Source of the DNA: Utricularia gibba
Lineage: Eukaryota > Plantae > Magnoliophyta
Reading direction: 5' to 3'
DNA length: 64,000 nucleotides
NCBI GenBank assembly: GCA_002189035.1
Contig: NEEC01000002.1
Coordinates: 3,720,001 to 3,784,000, forward strand
Numbering within the stretch: position 1 is the stretch's first letter; the number at the start of each line of letters is the position of its first letter. Below the pieces are notes generated by a model. That model was not told the DNA's origin and did not search any database. It saw only the letters and a list, made by a program, of their open reading frames with translations. Positions 51,624-64,000 of this stretch are shown piece after piece. The position numbers and the translations under genes were made by a program.

Positions 51624-52072
51624 ATGGCTGAAGAGCAAGAATTTCAGGCCACCGACATGTGCGTCAACAATTGCGGGTGTTTCGGCAACCCCGCGACCCA
51701 GAATTTGTGCTCCAAATGTTACGCAGACCTCATAAGCTCTACGAATTCCCCGTATTTCCCCTTCCCAATCGCCTCCACGCCGTCGTCGTTGCCGGAGTCG
51801 AGGGTGGAGCCGCTGGTAAAGGCTGAAATTGAGCATTCAGCAGCGTCCCTGGCGCATCAGCCGCTGCCGCTGCTAATCGATGACAGCCGTTGCTCCGCTT
51901 GCCGGAAAAGAATGGGGCTGATGGGTTTCCGGTGCCGGTGCGGGGTCATGTTCTGTGGGGCGCACAGGTACCCGAGAAACACGGCTGCACCTTCGATTAC
52001 AAGGCGGTGGGCAGAGACGCCATCGCCAAGTCCAATCCGGTGGTGAAAGCTGCCAAGTTGCACAAGATTTGA
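51624..52072 (+). CDS. A20/AN1 zinc-finger stress-associated protein (SAP), intronless, 1-bp frameshift in the AN1 finger
   Basis: A20 finger [21 protein letters not shown]; AN1 finger [29 protein letters not shown]. The conserved tail [32 protein letters not shown] is in the -1 frame from ~51974. Confidence 0.93.
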
Positions 52073-52619
52073 TGTCAGCCGTCGAAGTGATCGGCGGAAA
52101 TCACCTTCATGCCTATTGCCTCGATCGTGTGAAAATTTCATGTACAATACTTTTTTTTTCCTTAATGATTATGTAATATTAAAAATTCTGCAAACAAAAA
52201 CCATGATTCTAAATAGTTAACTGTGAGAAGATAAAAAATAAAGCTCTTATCGTAGTTTAAATATGAAAATAAAGGGATAGGACAGGACAGCACACGCCAC
52301 TTGTCCTATCGCAACTGCAACTTGCTTTGGTCCTTATCCCCCATACCTTTTTTAGCTGCCAAATTCATATGAATGAGATTTTCGGAGAAAAAAAAAAATC
52401 ATATGGGCCTTGTTGGAGCTTATTCATTGGGTCTTGATGAGTCGAATTGGGCTTCTACGGACCAAGGATCGTTAATGCCCCAAAAAAGTATTATATGAAA
52501 TCAATAAATAATTAGGGCACGTAGATCCTTCTCAGACGTCAAAACCTATATTCTTGGATCACACTTGGGCATTGGTCCTGAAAAAATAATAATAATAATA
52601 AACAAAAATTTGTTGACCA

Positions 52620-53600
52620 AAGTTTCCACGTTCGAAGTTCGCACCAATCAAGATTATTCTTTAACTTGAATAAAAAATCTAGTCGTACATCTCACTATTC
52701 CATCAAAATTCTTCTTTAGCTTGAATATTCATTTGTTTTCCAAAACTTTACTCATTGCTGGTAGCTCCATGAGTTCATATGTTTTGTTTTTCCAAATTGC
52801 TGTCACTCTACTATCCTCCTTACCACACTATAAATCATTATACACTTGATCCTCTAGAAATTTCACATCCTTTGAACTAATTTCTTGTTTTGTAGCTGGA
52901 TTTCCAAAAGCAATAACCAATTTCATGCTCATTGTACCTAGAAAATATGGTTTTGAGTGATCATACAATTTTGTTCATTGGTTTGTCGAAACAAGAACAA
53001 AGGCTTTGCAATCAATTATTCTTAAATGTTCAAAACTCACTTATTTACTTACCACTCTTCTTTTGATATGTGGAATGTGAGTGATTTCTTAGGACTTTTG
53101 TTAGATAGACTTTAAGTTATTTTCCAAGCTTATCCCTTTTCAACATACAATACTCTTTATGTAAACAAATTTCTATTTAATATCTCTGCAATTGGACTTT
53201 GTTGTGGTGTTTCATGTTATGTAGTGACCTTCCTAATCTCAAGGTCCATACAATAATTTTTAAATTCATCACTACAAGACTCATCACCATTTTATGTACA
53301 AAAACACTTCAGCTTTGCCCCAGCCTCGCTTTCTACCGAGCTATGAAAAAACTTGAAGAACTTATACACATAAGATGTTTTCTTCGTAAGTAGACCCAAA
53401 TTTTCCTGGAGGCATCATTCACAAAAGTAAGATGATATTTCATACCACTAGTAGTGATATTCACAAGTCCTCCTACATCTTCAAAAATGGCATCTAATTT
53501 CTTTATGCATACGGACTTCTAATAAATGCCCCATCCTCTTACACTAAAGATCACAACATGTAGGTGAGCCGATAACATTTAGTTCTATCAAAGCATGTTT
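52620..53600 (-). pseudogene. Decayed Ty1/Copia (Tnt1-like) integrase and RT start
   Basis: KYHLTFVNDASRKIWVYL, KLKCFCT*NGDE (integrase); IFLG...SSKDVKFLEDQ; WIFKLKKNFDG (RT start). Boundaries are approximate. Confidence 0.75.
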
Positions 53601-55118
53601 CATTTTAGTTCCAGATCTTATCTCCTTGATTATGTATGCAGTCACTTATATCTAACTCCGATGCAACACATGCTTCATGTCTTGTAGTTGCAACAAAATC
53701 CTCATGTTGATTGCAACCATAAAATGGAATAGAGTTGCAGCCTTGTAGGTTGCAGGCATAGGTGTTAGCAAGGGCACTCTTTCAGAAATCGGCTTCATAC
53801 TTTTGTGTGTGTCATAGCCATCTTCTCATTTTTTTTTGTGTCACCTACAAGGCTGCAAATTATAACAAGAACAAGTGATTAGAGAAGACAAAAAGAATGC
53901 ATAAACATCTCACATTGATGAGAATTTGCATTCATAGAATGAACAAGGACAAGTGACTGATGACCTTGAACAAACTCAAATACATTTTGAAGGAATAGAG
54001 AAAGTCTTGTAAGAGATCTGGAAATATGATCACAGATATGGCAATATCCTGTTCATCAACAAAATAAAGTTCATAGAGCATATGTGACATTGGGTCCTAT
54101 GCAACCATTGTTGAATAAGTATAAATTGTTGTTTTGAGGAAACATCATGCATATTGTTTTGTTTGCTTTTTATTTGGTAAAGAAGGAATAAATCAATCTG
54201 GTTTTGACGCCTTCACTATTCATGATTTTCAAAATTGGAGGAGAGTGAATGATGAAAAGAAGTGTCCTTTTCTTACTCATAAGGGAAATAGTCCATGTTC
54301 TTAACATAATAATGCAATGAAATCATATATTGCATTGAAGAATCCTAATGAACAAGTGGAAAATGTTATCCAAATGTATAGTAAAGAAGAAAAAGAAAGA
54401 AGCTGATTATGCTTAAGAGTCTCTATTGCTACAGTTAAGTGGCTTGCTGACCAAGGTTGTGCATTTCGAGGTCATGATGAAAGCATACAATCTAGGAATC
54501 AAGGTAATTTTCAAGAGCTTATTCAATTATTGCCAAATTTCAACTCTGAAATTGATAAAGTTTTTCTTCAAAATGCTCCTGCAACTTGTAAGTAGTACTA
54601 ACCTAGTATAAAAAAGGAGATTTTGAGTATTTATGCTACTATCATAAGAAACCATATTCTTGAAGAATTCAGCGATTCAAAATTCTTTTTTTTTGTTCAT
54701 GGGACGTGATGTGGCCAAGCATGAACAAATGGCTTTGATTCTAAAATTTGTTTACAAGAATAGAGTTTTGCAAGAATGTTTCTTTGACTTGATTCATGGG
54801 AGTAATATCGAAGCTATGACTCTGAAGAAGCAGTTGAGTTATGTGTTAACTAACCATTCTATTGATGTGAAAAATTTCCATGGTCAAGGCTATGTTCGTG
54901 CTAGCAATCAGAGGGGAGTTAAATGGACTCCAACCTTTTCTTCTAAGAGAATGTCCCCATGCATATTATGTGTATTGCTATGCACATCGTTTGCAACTTC
55001 TCTTAGTTAGAGTCTCAAAGAATGTTCCTTCAATTTTTCGATTTTTTCAAAAGTTGAATTTTATTATAAACACTATTGATTCATCATTAAAACAACATGA
55101 TAAACTTCATGATGTATG

Positions 55119-56623
55119 TGTTAGGTTTCTCGTAGATATCACATGTAAGAAAAGCAGCGGAATTTAAAAATTTTCAGGAAACCCAAAACGCAAATCTTGG
55201 AATACAAAATGTATTAGATAAAGAGATACTAACAATACTTTTAGTGGACTCCATTATTCACTAACTCCCAACAGTAGGCAACCTCTATGGTATCTACACA
55301 TGAAGCTCACTCCGACAATAACCTTCTCAAGGCCAAATAATACTGATCGATCTCCTTAGGTGCTAGTAGAGATAGTCGCCCCTTGCAAATAAATCTCAAA
55401 GAGAACAACGATATGAAAATCTCTCTACGAATCAAATCTTTCTTATTATCTTATATTATGTGGTAACATATCTAATCAAATCTTCGGAAAGATCTAATCT
55501 TGTGGAGATATATATGTTCCAAATCTTATATGTATATTTGATCTTTTATTTTGAGTTTAATCAATATTAATCTCAAAATAATTTTCTATTTAATTTATCC
55601 ACTGTACCAATTACATCTTATGTAATTATGTCATTCAATTTTATATCAATGAGTAACTTCACTATTATATGTGACCCTATAGGCTTCTTAAATCAATGCC
55701 GTAATAATGAATTTATTAATTAACTCTTAATCAACAAATCCATTATTATCGATCATGAGTGATATCTAACAATACATTCATTATCCTCAAAATATAAAAA
55801 TAATCAGGTGAACTGTTTGAGCCTTTCTATGACCAAACACCATGCAATAAACAATATTCATCCATATATCTCATTCGATGCCACAAGATGGGTATGTGTC
55901 TTTTTGAAATATTGAACTTATAATTACATTTAAGCACTAACGCTCAATGACCTTCTCAAACTCTTCTAGTGTCATTACCCTAGGCCTTGGACTTGGTGTT
56001 AGGTTTTGATGTAATTAATTGAGATAAAATCGCAGAGCTAGCATGAGTGATGAATACTTTATTGATCAATAAACTATCTCCAATCTTAAGAAGTCACATC
56101 CATTATTATCCATACTAGGCAAGATATGGTTAGAATCCCATAAGTAATGAGTGAAAATATGAGTTTAAGATTAAGATAAGTTTGTTGACATCAAGTCTAA
56201 GCTTACTTGCATTACTATCATATTCGAGATCTTGCTACTGATACTTGGTTAGCTTCCAAAAGTAGCATCTCAAAGACGAGTCATCTAGTGAATCAATTCT
56301 TTAATCGACACCCACACATTGATTCTAGTAATTTGATTACATCAATTGTGAGAACCATTGCCTAAACAAATTAAAGAACTCAATATGTGTCAGCTTATCC
56401 ACATTTGTAATATCCTCATTTCACAAATACTTTAGCCAGGGAATTTTTAAGTTGAACATAAATACTTGAAGAATCTCACATTATGATCTCATCATAATTT
56501 CAATAGCATATAGATTAAGTAGAGGATTTTATCAGTAATATAAATTTGATCATAATTTAAAGTAAATATCTAAAGATAAGATTTGCGAATAAATTGATTT
56601 TCTCTAGAATGCATACACCAATA
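55119..56623 (-). mobile_element. Older Copia BARE-1/Angela-like solo LTR inside the hAT gene
   Basis: TGTTAGGTTTCTCGTAG...GCATACACCAATA. Flanks GTATG/ACATG can be reconciled as a decayed GCATG TSD (inference). More AT-shifted than the other three copies. Confidence 0.85.
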
Positions 56624-57198
56624 ACATGAGATGCTGAGTTATCAAATTTGCTAACTATTGATGAGCTTGAGAAAGGTCAAGATGCTAATCAAATCGTTTC
56701 TTTAGATTGCCTAGGAGATACTATGGAGCTCTCACTTGTATTTCACTCTTAGTTTTATGGAGATGTTTAATTTAGTTTCTTCTATTCTTGAAAATATAAG
56801 TAATGATTTAGTTGGTACTATTAGAGCAAATGGAGATACAGCTTTATGTTATCTATTATCTTTTGAGTTTATATTCATCTTGTGTTCAATGAGTGATGTT
56901 TTAGGGATCGTTGATTCATTTTGTCAAGAATAGCATAAAACGAAACAAAATATAGTTAATGCTATTCATTTGATAGCAACTACAACAAAAAATGAGAAAT
57001 GATGGTTGGATGGCTTTGTTTGACAAAGTTGTTAAGTTTTGTTAAAGTCATGATATTGATGTTCCAAATAGGGATGAGACATATATCCTAGCAATGAGCA
57101 AGGGTGTCAATAAATTGAGAATTTCATTAATGAAAGGTACTTTTGAGTTGAAAGTTTTTTGATTACTATTAACACTCAAATGCATGGTTAAGCCATAG

Positions 57199-58510
57199 TG
57201 TTGCGTTTCCTCAACAAATTTTAATTTAGAAAAAGGTAGAACTCAATAAAGTGTAATATGAGTGTCGATCTCAGGGACTTGAGTTTTGCGGAAAGTGTTT
57301 TGTACTAAACTTTTACAAATTGTCACAGGTTTGTAAAATGGGATTTTTAAAATATAGAAATAAAAGATACGACACAAGTAATGAACCTTGACTAAGGATT
57401 ACAATTCTTTGGAAATAGATTATGTTTCCTCTTGTCTATCCTTGCCTCAGCTTTCACTAATAGTTCTTTTCAATGAAGGAGCAGGTGGAGTTGCCAAACC
57501 ATTAGATTTGGAATTTCGCTTAGGCACACCTAGAACGCCATAGGGGGGCTTCCTTCTGAATAACTAGTTATAGGAGCAAAGAATAACCTACTCTCCCTTA
57601 CACTGATTGACAAGGAGGCACATGAATAGCCCCATGTGATTCAGCTCTAGACGATTGAGAGGACAAGAGGATTGCCATCGATTGTTATCAAGGAATAGCC
57701 CACTCTCCCAGCTGTTGCCAATGACCAATCGCTACTTGAGTCACAAACAATTCTCTATTTTTATCGAACCAGTAGGGTTGGAGATTGTGCTCTTCACGTT
57801 GCTCTTCATCAAAATCCGTGAGGAGTGGCCTGCTACTCATGGACCGTGACTAAGAGATGTTACCGAAAGACTGTAACAAGATGCGTGGAAATATGTGAAA
57901 TCCTAAAGAATTTTAGTAAAGAACTGAGATTAGTGCTCAAGACTTAGAAGGAAACTTCATCGATTCCTAGAAACTAGAAAGGTTTAGCCATGAATAGCCA
58001 TGAAAATAGAAAAAAAAAACAAAAAGGTAAGTGTTCTTCCTCCCTTGGTGGAGAAGAAGAATCAAAAGTTCTAAGTACGAAAACAAAGTGCGAAAAGGTC
58101 CGAAAGATAAGTTCGTTCCCAAATTGTTCCAAATTTCTTTTAAGTTACTCTCACATGCATTAACTTCCTCTACTCCCTTCCCAGCTTTCCCATGTGTGTA
58201 AGTACGCGCCCAATCATTACTGTAGACTTTGATATGACGTGAGTTAGGGGTCTTGACTAGTGTTAGTATTCCACCCACAATTGACCCAAGTCGCATGCAA
58301 GACATGAAACATGAGTGTCTGGTCTTCTGCAACACTCCAAACCTGCTTGACATTTTGGGTGAAAGTGCATGAAAAAGGATAACAAAATATGTGCAAAATA
58401 CAAAAGTAGGATTTTTCTAAGAAAATAAAATACTTATTAATATAACTTCTAATTTGAGCAACTTAATACTAGATTAACACATAATAAACTCTTAGAAAAG
58501 ACACTTAACA
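57199..58510 (-). mobile_element. Athila-like solo LTR, TSD CATAG, inside the hAT gene
   Basis: Minus strand reads TGTTAAGTGTC...AAAATTTGTTGAGGAAACGCAACA, 1312 bp. CATAG lies at 57194-57198 and 58511-58515. Termini resemble the element C LTR but the interior differs. Confidence 0.92.
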
Positions 58511-59179
58511 CATAGGTTCAATGATAATATTGTGGAGATTGTGAAGCTTATAGGTTCATTGATTCCAAGTAAAAAGTTTCAATCTTTTGATGTAATTGAG
58601 ATTTCTTGGTTAGTTGAAGTGTATTATTCAAGGGATATGTATGAGATCATGAATGAATGAAACATATATACGTGGTCATGAAAATCAAGTGAAAAATGCG
58701 ATGCCAAAGGAAGTCAAATGAAGTGACTTCAAAAACAAGGCTCTGAAAATCTTCAAAAACAATTAGCAATGAAGACAAATGAAGTGAAGTGAGAGTTATG
58801 AGATGACTTTGAAAACCCTTGAAAACATGCTAAATGAGAGAGAAAAAAAGATTAATGAGCAACAAAAAGAAATCAAGGAAAAATTCATTCCGGTCGGATT
58901 TAGAGAGCAACAATGATATGTTTTATTGGAATTTTTAATGAAAGCTTATGAAATTTGTCATTGTAACTGCTGAATACACATGTTTTCATTCGGTGCATTT
59001 TGGAAAAACAGTGTTGTAAACTACTCTCTCCATTATACATTTGGATCAAGTGCTGTTTTTGTCTCACTTTAAAAGTGAAAGACAAATAGGTAGTTGATCA
59101 ATATTATGCATCTATAGTGAGTACTAAACTAATTTATTAAATAAAAATCACTACTTGATCACTATTATATAGTTGGATT

Positions 59180-62100
59180 GAATAACAATCGAGTATTGTG
59201 ACTAGTGGTCTCTTTTCATTTCTTCCTCTCTTCACTTTTTTACATTTTATACAGAGATCAAGAGTAGGGAAGGTTCCAAAATCAACTCAAGCAATTTTTG
59301 CTCCCCTTCTTTGTATATGGAGTGTGAGCTAAGCACTCCTCTCCTTATTTCTCTTGAGGGTTTCTTACTCCTCTAAGTTATTCTCGCAACCTCACTTCTC
59401 TCTTTACTATGTCGTCTACACACGCTTTTTAATTGTGTGTTGCTTTTCAAGACATGGGGTCTCATCGCTTTTTTATGATGATGCTTTTCTGACCCCCTCT
59501 TTTTTTTTTCATCTCTCTATAAGCCTTTAGACCACCATTATCCATGAAAGAACCAAATATGTTAGCTTGCACAAAAAAAATATCAATTGCACAAATCAGA
59601 ATCCATCACACATGTTGCTACCTCACAAAGATAAGTAGGTTAAAGTCATGCTCACAGGTGTACAAATGGTTAAAACAAAATTCATGCATCCTGTACGTCA
59701 TGAAAAGCATCACACATGCATATGAAAATTCCTTAAATAACTTGCAAAATTCTCCTGATCCTAGTACCGAACTACTAAATTACTCCTAACTTAGACTAAC
59801 GCCCTAAAAATAAAAATAAAAATAAAAATAGAAATAAAAATAAAAATAAAGCAATGCAGTGATGTTACTTGATCAGGGAGTAGTCCTTCACTCCCTGTTT
59901 CAGTTCCTTCACTTCCCTTAACAAATCCCCCAGCCTATCATATATGATATCAATTCTTTCTTTGCAACACCAGTCCTTTCCGTCCTTCACCTTGTCTGGT
60001 CCTTGTCGAGATGTCCCTGCTTTTGCTTTCTGTGTAGGCAGGTTGTTGCAAATTCCTGCTAGAGATCTAAACACAAAACTACTCCCCTTCGTTTGGATTA
60101 ATCCAGCGGTTTTAAGAAAGTGAGCATTCAAAGAGAATATTTTTGTCTCCACATGAAAATATTCCTTCTCATGAATTCGATAAGCACATAGTCTTTGAGA
60201 AAGGAGAGTGATTACATTACCAAACCCGAGATGATTGATGGTGCTTCGCCGATAGTACCTGTTCATTTGCTCTGCTAAAACTACCCCTAGATTCAATGAT
60301 TTCTTGTGCAACAAACACCACATGACAAATAATTCCACCAATATATAATGTATTGAATCCTAGGGCTCTTCCAAATAGCACAGCAAAAATCAACAAATGG
60401 ACATATTGTGCAGAAGGTTCTGCAAATAAATCAGCCTTTGCACCCTTAGGTTTAAATTCTATAACATGCTGACTAGTTAACATCTCATACACTTCCTCAG
60501 CATTGAAATCATCAGGATAATCAAATAAGGAGGTGGAAAATGCATGCAAGTCAACATGCTGCTCAGAACAGAATCCTAAGGTTACAGACTATTCAGCAAT
60601 CGAGAGGGAAAATTCTTTTCCTAACAATCTAAATGTAATTGCTCCTGGTGTAATGAAAGTTTCTGTTTTTCATAACATAATGTGAAAGCAAATTCATATA
60701 CAAGTTCAACATAGGAAGGGTAATTCATATTGCACAAAATAAGCATCCCAGAATTTTCTAGCAGAGAATAAACTTCAGTAACTATTTCCAATTCCACCAA
60801 TATCTCATAATCTATGATGCGGCAAGGCATCACCTTTGTCCCTTTTATCTCATTATACCTGGTGGCGAATTCTTCATCATAAAACTGAAGGTATTTCAGG
60901 TACAGCATCTCTGCATGCTGCTTAAAATAGGGGATGCCCTTGCTGGTCATTTTCCGTTGCGATTTCCCCTTCTCTTCCTCGTCAAGTCTACCTAAACTTA
61001 AAAGCAATGGGACAAGGTTAGGTAAAAATTTTTCTCTTTTTGTTTGTATTTGTTCCTTCTCCTCGCTGGCATTTTTCTCCAATTCCTCTATTTCTGGATC
61101 AGGTTCTTGCTGCTTCTTTGTTCTGCTCCTTGTTCTCTTTGCAACCAAATTCCTCTCGCCTTCCTCTACTGCTATAGCAGTATCTTTGGCTAGTTTCTCC
61201 TCTCCTGTTGGAACTTGTTTTTCTTCTCCAACTTCTACGTCCTTTTCTCTAGTGGATTGCTCTGCAAATTCTAGAATTTCTTCCACCTCTGTTGGTGCAA
61301 TTTCCTCTTCAAGTGCAATTTGGATGGTTATTTCCTGTTGCTTCCTCTAGTTCTTTCTCCCCTTCTGCTTTTTGTGGTACACAATATGGGGTGGTTCAGC
61401 AAATGTTTCTTCAACCACCAATTTTGCTTTTCCTTTGTAACTCCTCTGAAATTCCCTCAATTTTTGCTGAAGGTCAGGGCTGTTGGGTACCTTCAATCGT
61501 GGACTTCTTCGTTCTACCATAGGAAGTTTTGCTGTTTCTTGAGAAGGAGTTCCGCCCAGATTCGCTACATGCAGAAGAGCATCAACTCCCTGAAACTGCT
61601 CTTCTCTAGCATTAACAGCCTTGTTTTGTTCCTGGGTAGGAGCAATTCCAATGTCCTCTCTAGTTTTCTTGCGCCTACTGCTATCTGATGCGGCTTTCTT
61701 ACTGGGTTTTGCAGCGGCAGTGCTCTGGTGTCGACGTTTTGCAGGCATTTTGCTAGCTTTTCTGTCTGCAATTCTCAGGAGCAAAGTGAAACGTTTGGAA
61801 CAAAATGAACGTTGCAAGGAAATTTACCCTCAATTCCCCAAGGGTTGAAGGGTAAATTTGTAAATTCTTGATAGTTAGTTGCGATCCCTGTACGTTACTT
61901 TCCTGTAAACGCAATGTAACTCCCACATTTTGCAACACGAACACAGCAGAGTTCTCCAAAATAACTCCTAGTTAAGTCTAAAAGCGCAAAAGTAAAATGA
62001 CAGGAAATAAAACTAACAGAAATTAAACTTGGGTTGTCTCCCAGGAGCGTCCCATTTTCCAGTCCTGGACTAGACTTTCTTTGAGGCTACGTTTTTGTTG

Positions 62101-64000
62101 TATCTTTCAATACCATATCATCAGCAATGTCATGGGCCTCTTTCTCAAAATTTTTACAAGAATTGTTCAACATTTTGTATACTCCATCTTTGCATTTCTT
62201 CCATCAATATGGATCATCCCACACATCAGATTTTTCATCATTGAAATACATGTCCTTTTCATTGCATTTGTCTCCAACTTGTACAATTCCTGCAGCAATG
62301 AAATTAAAAATATCAGTAGAACCTCGTTCCTAAGTTATAGACTTACCTAGGAGTAACCGTTCATCGAGACATGTTTTTGCAACCATGTAAGCATCTTCAG
62401 GTCCATCAATTTTCCTGAAATAATTAACACAAACATTCTCCCCTTCAACATTATCCAAAATTTCCTTTGGATCTTGGATGAATCCTTCAAATAATGTTGA
62501 TTCTTGGTCCGAGATAAGACTAACACTGGAATTTTTCTTCTCATTATCCACCAAAACCAGTTTCGTTGAGCTAGAGAAGACTTGAAATTCACATGTTTAT
62601 CTTCTGATTCACCTTTTATAGCATTCAAATGCCCCATCTTCACCTCAACATTTGATTCTTCAACAAAGCCTTCTTCATATCCATTTTCCTTTTTGTCATC
62701 TTCTCTCTCTATATGTTCTTCATCCATGACGTCTACTGAGCATACACTCTCAAAATCGCTGGAATAATTGTTTACTTCATTCATATCCAGCGTAATCTTT
62801 TCTTCATCAAAGGATAACTCAATTGTACCCATCTTCACATTAATTATGGCGTTGGAAGTGCTCAAGAAGAGCCTTGCAAGGATGATGATCGTATCCTTTG
62901 AACTTCCAGCAGACATATTCACCACATAAAAGTCTGCTGGGAACACTAGCCGCTCAATCTTCACAAGAACTCTTCAACCTAGCCTTTAGGAGAAATAATT
63001 CTTCAGTCAGCAAGCTCAATTTGCACTCCTGAGGCTTGTAGAGGTCCTAACCTGAGAGTTTCATATACAGAAAATGACATCACGTTTATAGAGGCTACCA
63101 GGTCAGCCATTCCTCTCCTGATGTTTAGGTCACCTATTTTGCAAGGAATAAAAAATGTTCTAGGGTCCTTGCGTTTTTTAAGTAGCTTCAAAGTCAAAAG
63201 GGCTGAGCAACTTTCACTCAGCTTCACCTTCCCTTTTTCCTTCAATTTTGGCTTTGACATATAGAGCTGCTTCAGTTACTTCACGCTTTTGGGTACCAAA
63301 TCAATATACTCTAGCAATGTCAAATTTAATTGGGTATTACCCAAAGCACTCAACATTTTTTCTTTCTCATTTTGTTCTTCTCTCGCTTTCAGCCTTCTTG
63401 GAAATGGTGGTGGGGTTGCTTTTACCACGAGAGGCTCAGGAGCAATCTCCACCTCCTATTCTTCAGCATCTCCTTCCACCTCAACTTCATACTCTTCTTC
63501 CACCGCTAAATTACTCTTAATTTGGACTAATTCTCTTCTAGGTTTTTCTTTTCCGCTTCTCAATGTCATTGCGCTGATATTTTGTCCTCCCCCAGAGTTG
63601 GGATTCTGTTTGGCTGGCGACGGTAGGCTTCCTTTTTGCTTCATTTCCCCAACCTCTCTTGCTAGCTAAGTAACTTAGATTTCCAAATTCTTGATAGCTT
63701 TTTGGTTCTCAGCTGGATTCTTGATTGATTGGATCATGAAAGTCTTCAAAATATCCTCCAATGAACTTCCAGAATTTCCTCCAAAATTATTTTGGTTTGG
63801 AGGCTGAAATTGTTGTTGCATCTATTGGTGATAAGAACGTTGCTGTTGCTCCTAAAAATTTTGCTGAAATCCTTGCTGTCCAGTAGATGAACTCTCACCC
63901 TTGTAAAAATTATCATTATTACTCCATCTTAAATTTGGATGATCCCTCCATCCAGGATTGTTGGTACTTGAATAGGGATCATATTTCTTTCTTTGTGGCT
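59180..64000 (-). mobile_element. Athila-type element B (same family as A), pol internally deleted; runs off the window; 3' LTR not seen
   Basis: gag-PR (64000 to ~62750), extra ORF (61748-59865) and 3' UTR are colinear with element A. Between PR and the pol stop (62087-62089) only ~0.65 kb remains. Confidence 0.88.
59865..61748 (-). pseudogene. Athila extra ('env-like') ORF of element B
   Basis: MPAKRRHQS...RRSPRLK...NYPSYVELVYEF...ELFVMWCLLHKK...ERIDIIYDRLGDLLREVKELKQGVKD. A few frameshifts. Confidence 0.82.

Larger units (their letters stand above)
53830..58650 (+). pseudogene. Decayed hAT transposase (TTF zinc-finger/DUF4371 type), split by two solo LTRs
   Basis: IWQYPVHQQNKVHRAYVTLGPMQP; KWLADQGCAFRGHDES..SRNQGNFQEL; YVYCYAHRLQL; KQHDKLHD|DAELSNLLTIDELEKGQDANQI; ..SHR|FNDNIVEI...FQSFD. 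The reading continues across both LTR insertions. Confidence 0.88.

Noticed and set aside
59806-59850. (TAAAAA)n microsatellite as an independent feature
   Set aside because: The same tract occurs at the equivalent position after the extra ORF of element A (~15283-15315), so it is part of the Athila 3' UTR.
7024-64000. Elements A and B as two halves of one element or a local inverted duplication
   Set aside because: They differ in pol structure and carry many independent substitutions and indels, and their flanks are unrelated. They are separate insertions of one family.

Overview
AT-rich flowering-plant genomic DNA, mostly made of layered transposable elements, with three host genes. The genes are a group-J bZIP (AtbZIP62-like, +, 20580-22232), a nucleoside hydrolase URH1/NSH1 (-, 9 exons, 22627-24733) lying tail-to-tail with it, and an intronless A20/AN1 stress-associated protein (+, 51624-52072). 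Each of the three appears to carry one -1 frameshift near its 3' end. The centre (25671 to ~47720) is a four-level nest in which each element sits inside the previous element's LTR: old solo LTR > solo LTR (TSD ACACT) > Athila-type element with both LTRs but an internal deletion (TSD ACCTC) > full-length Tat/Retand element (TSD CAGTG). The Retand element carries an antisense, apparently spliced accessory gene with its own TATA box. Two further copies of a second Athila family are present: one autonomous-type copy at 7024 to ~16890, and one copy at ~59180-64000 whose pol has lost RT, RNase H and the integrase core and kept only fast-diverged remnants. Also present are four BARE-1/Angela-like Copia LTRs, several solo LTRs with readable TSDs, and decayed PIF/Harbinger, hAT and Copia coding sequence. 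All calls come from reading the sequence by hand; family names rest on recalled motifs, not database searches. No rRNA, tRNA genes or CRISPR arrays were seen.
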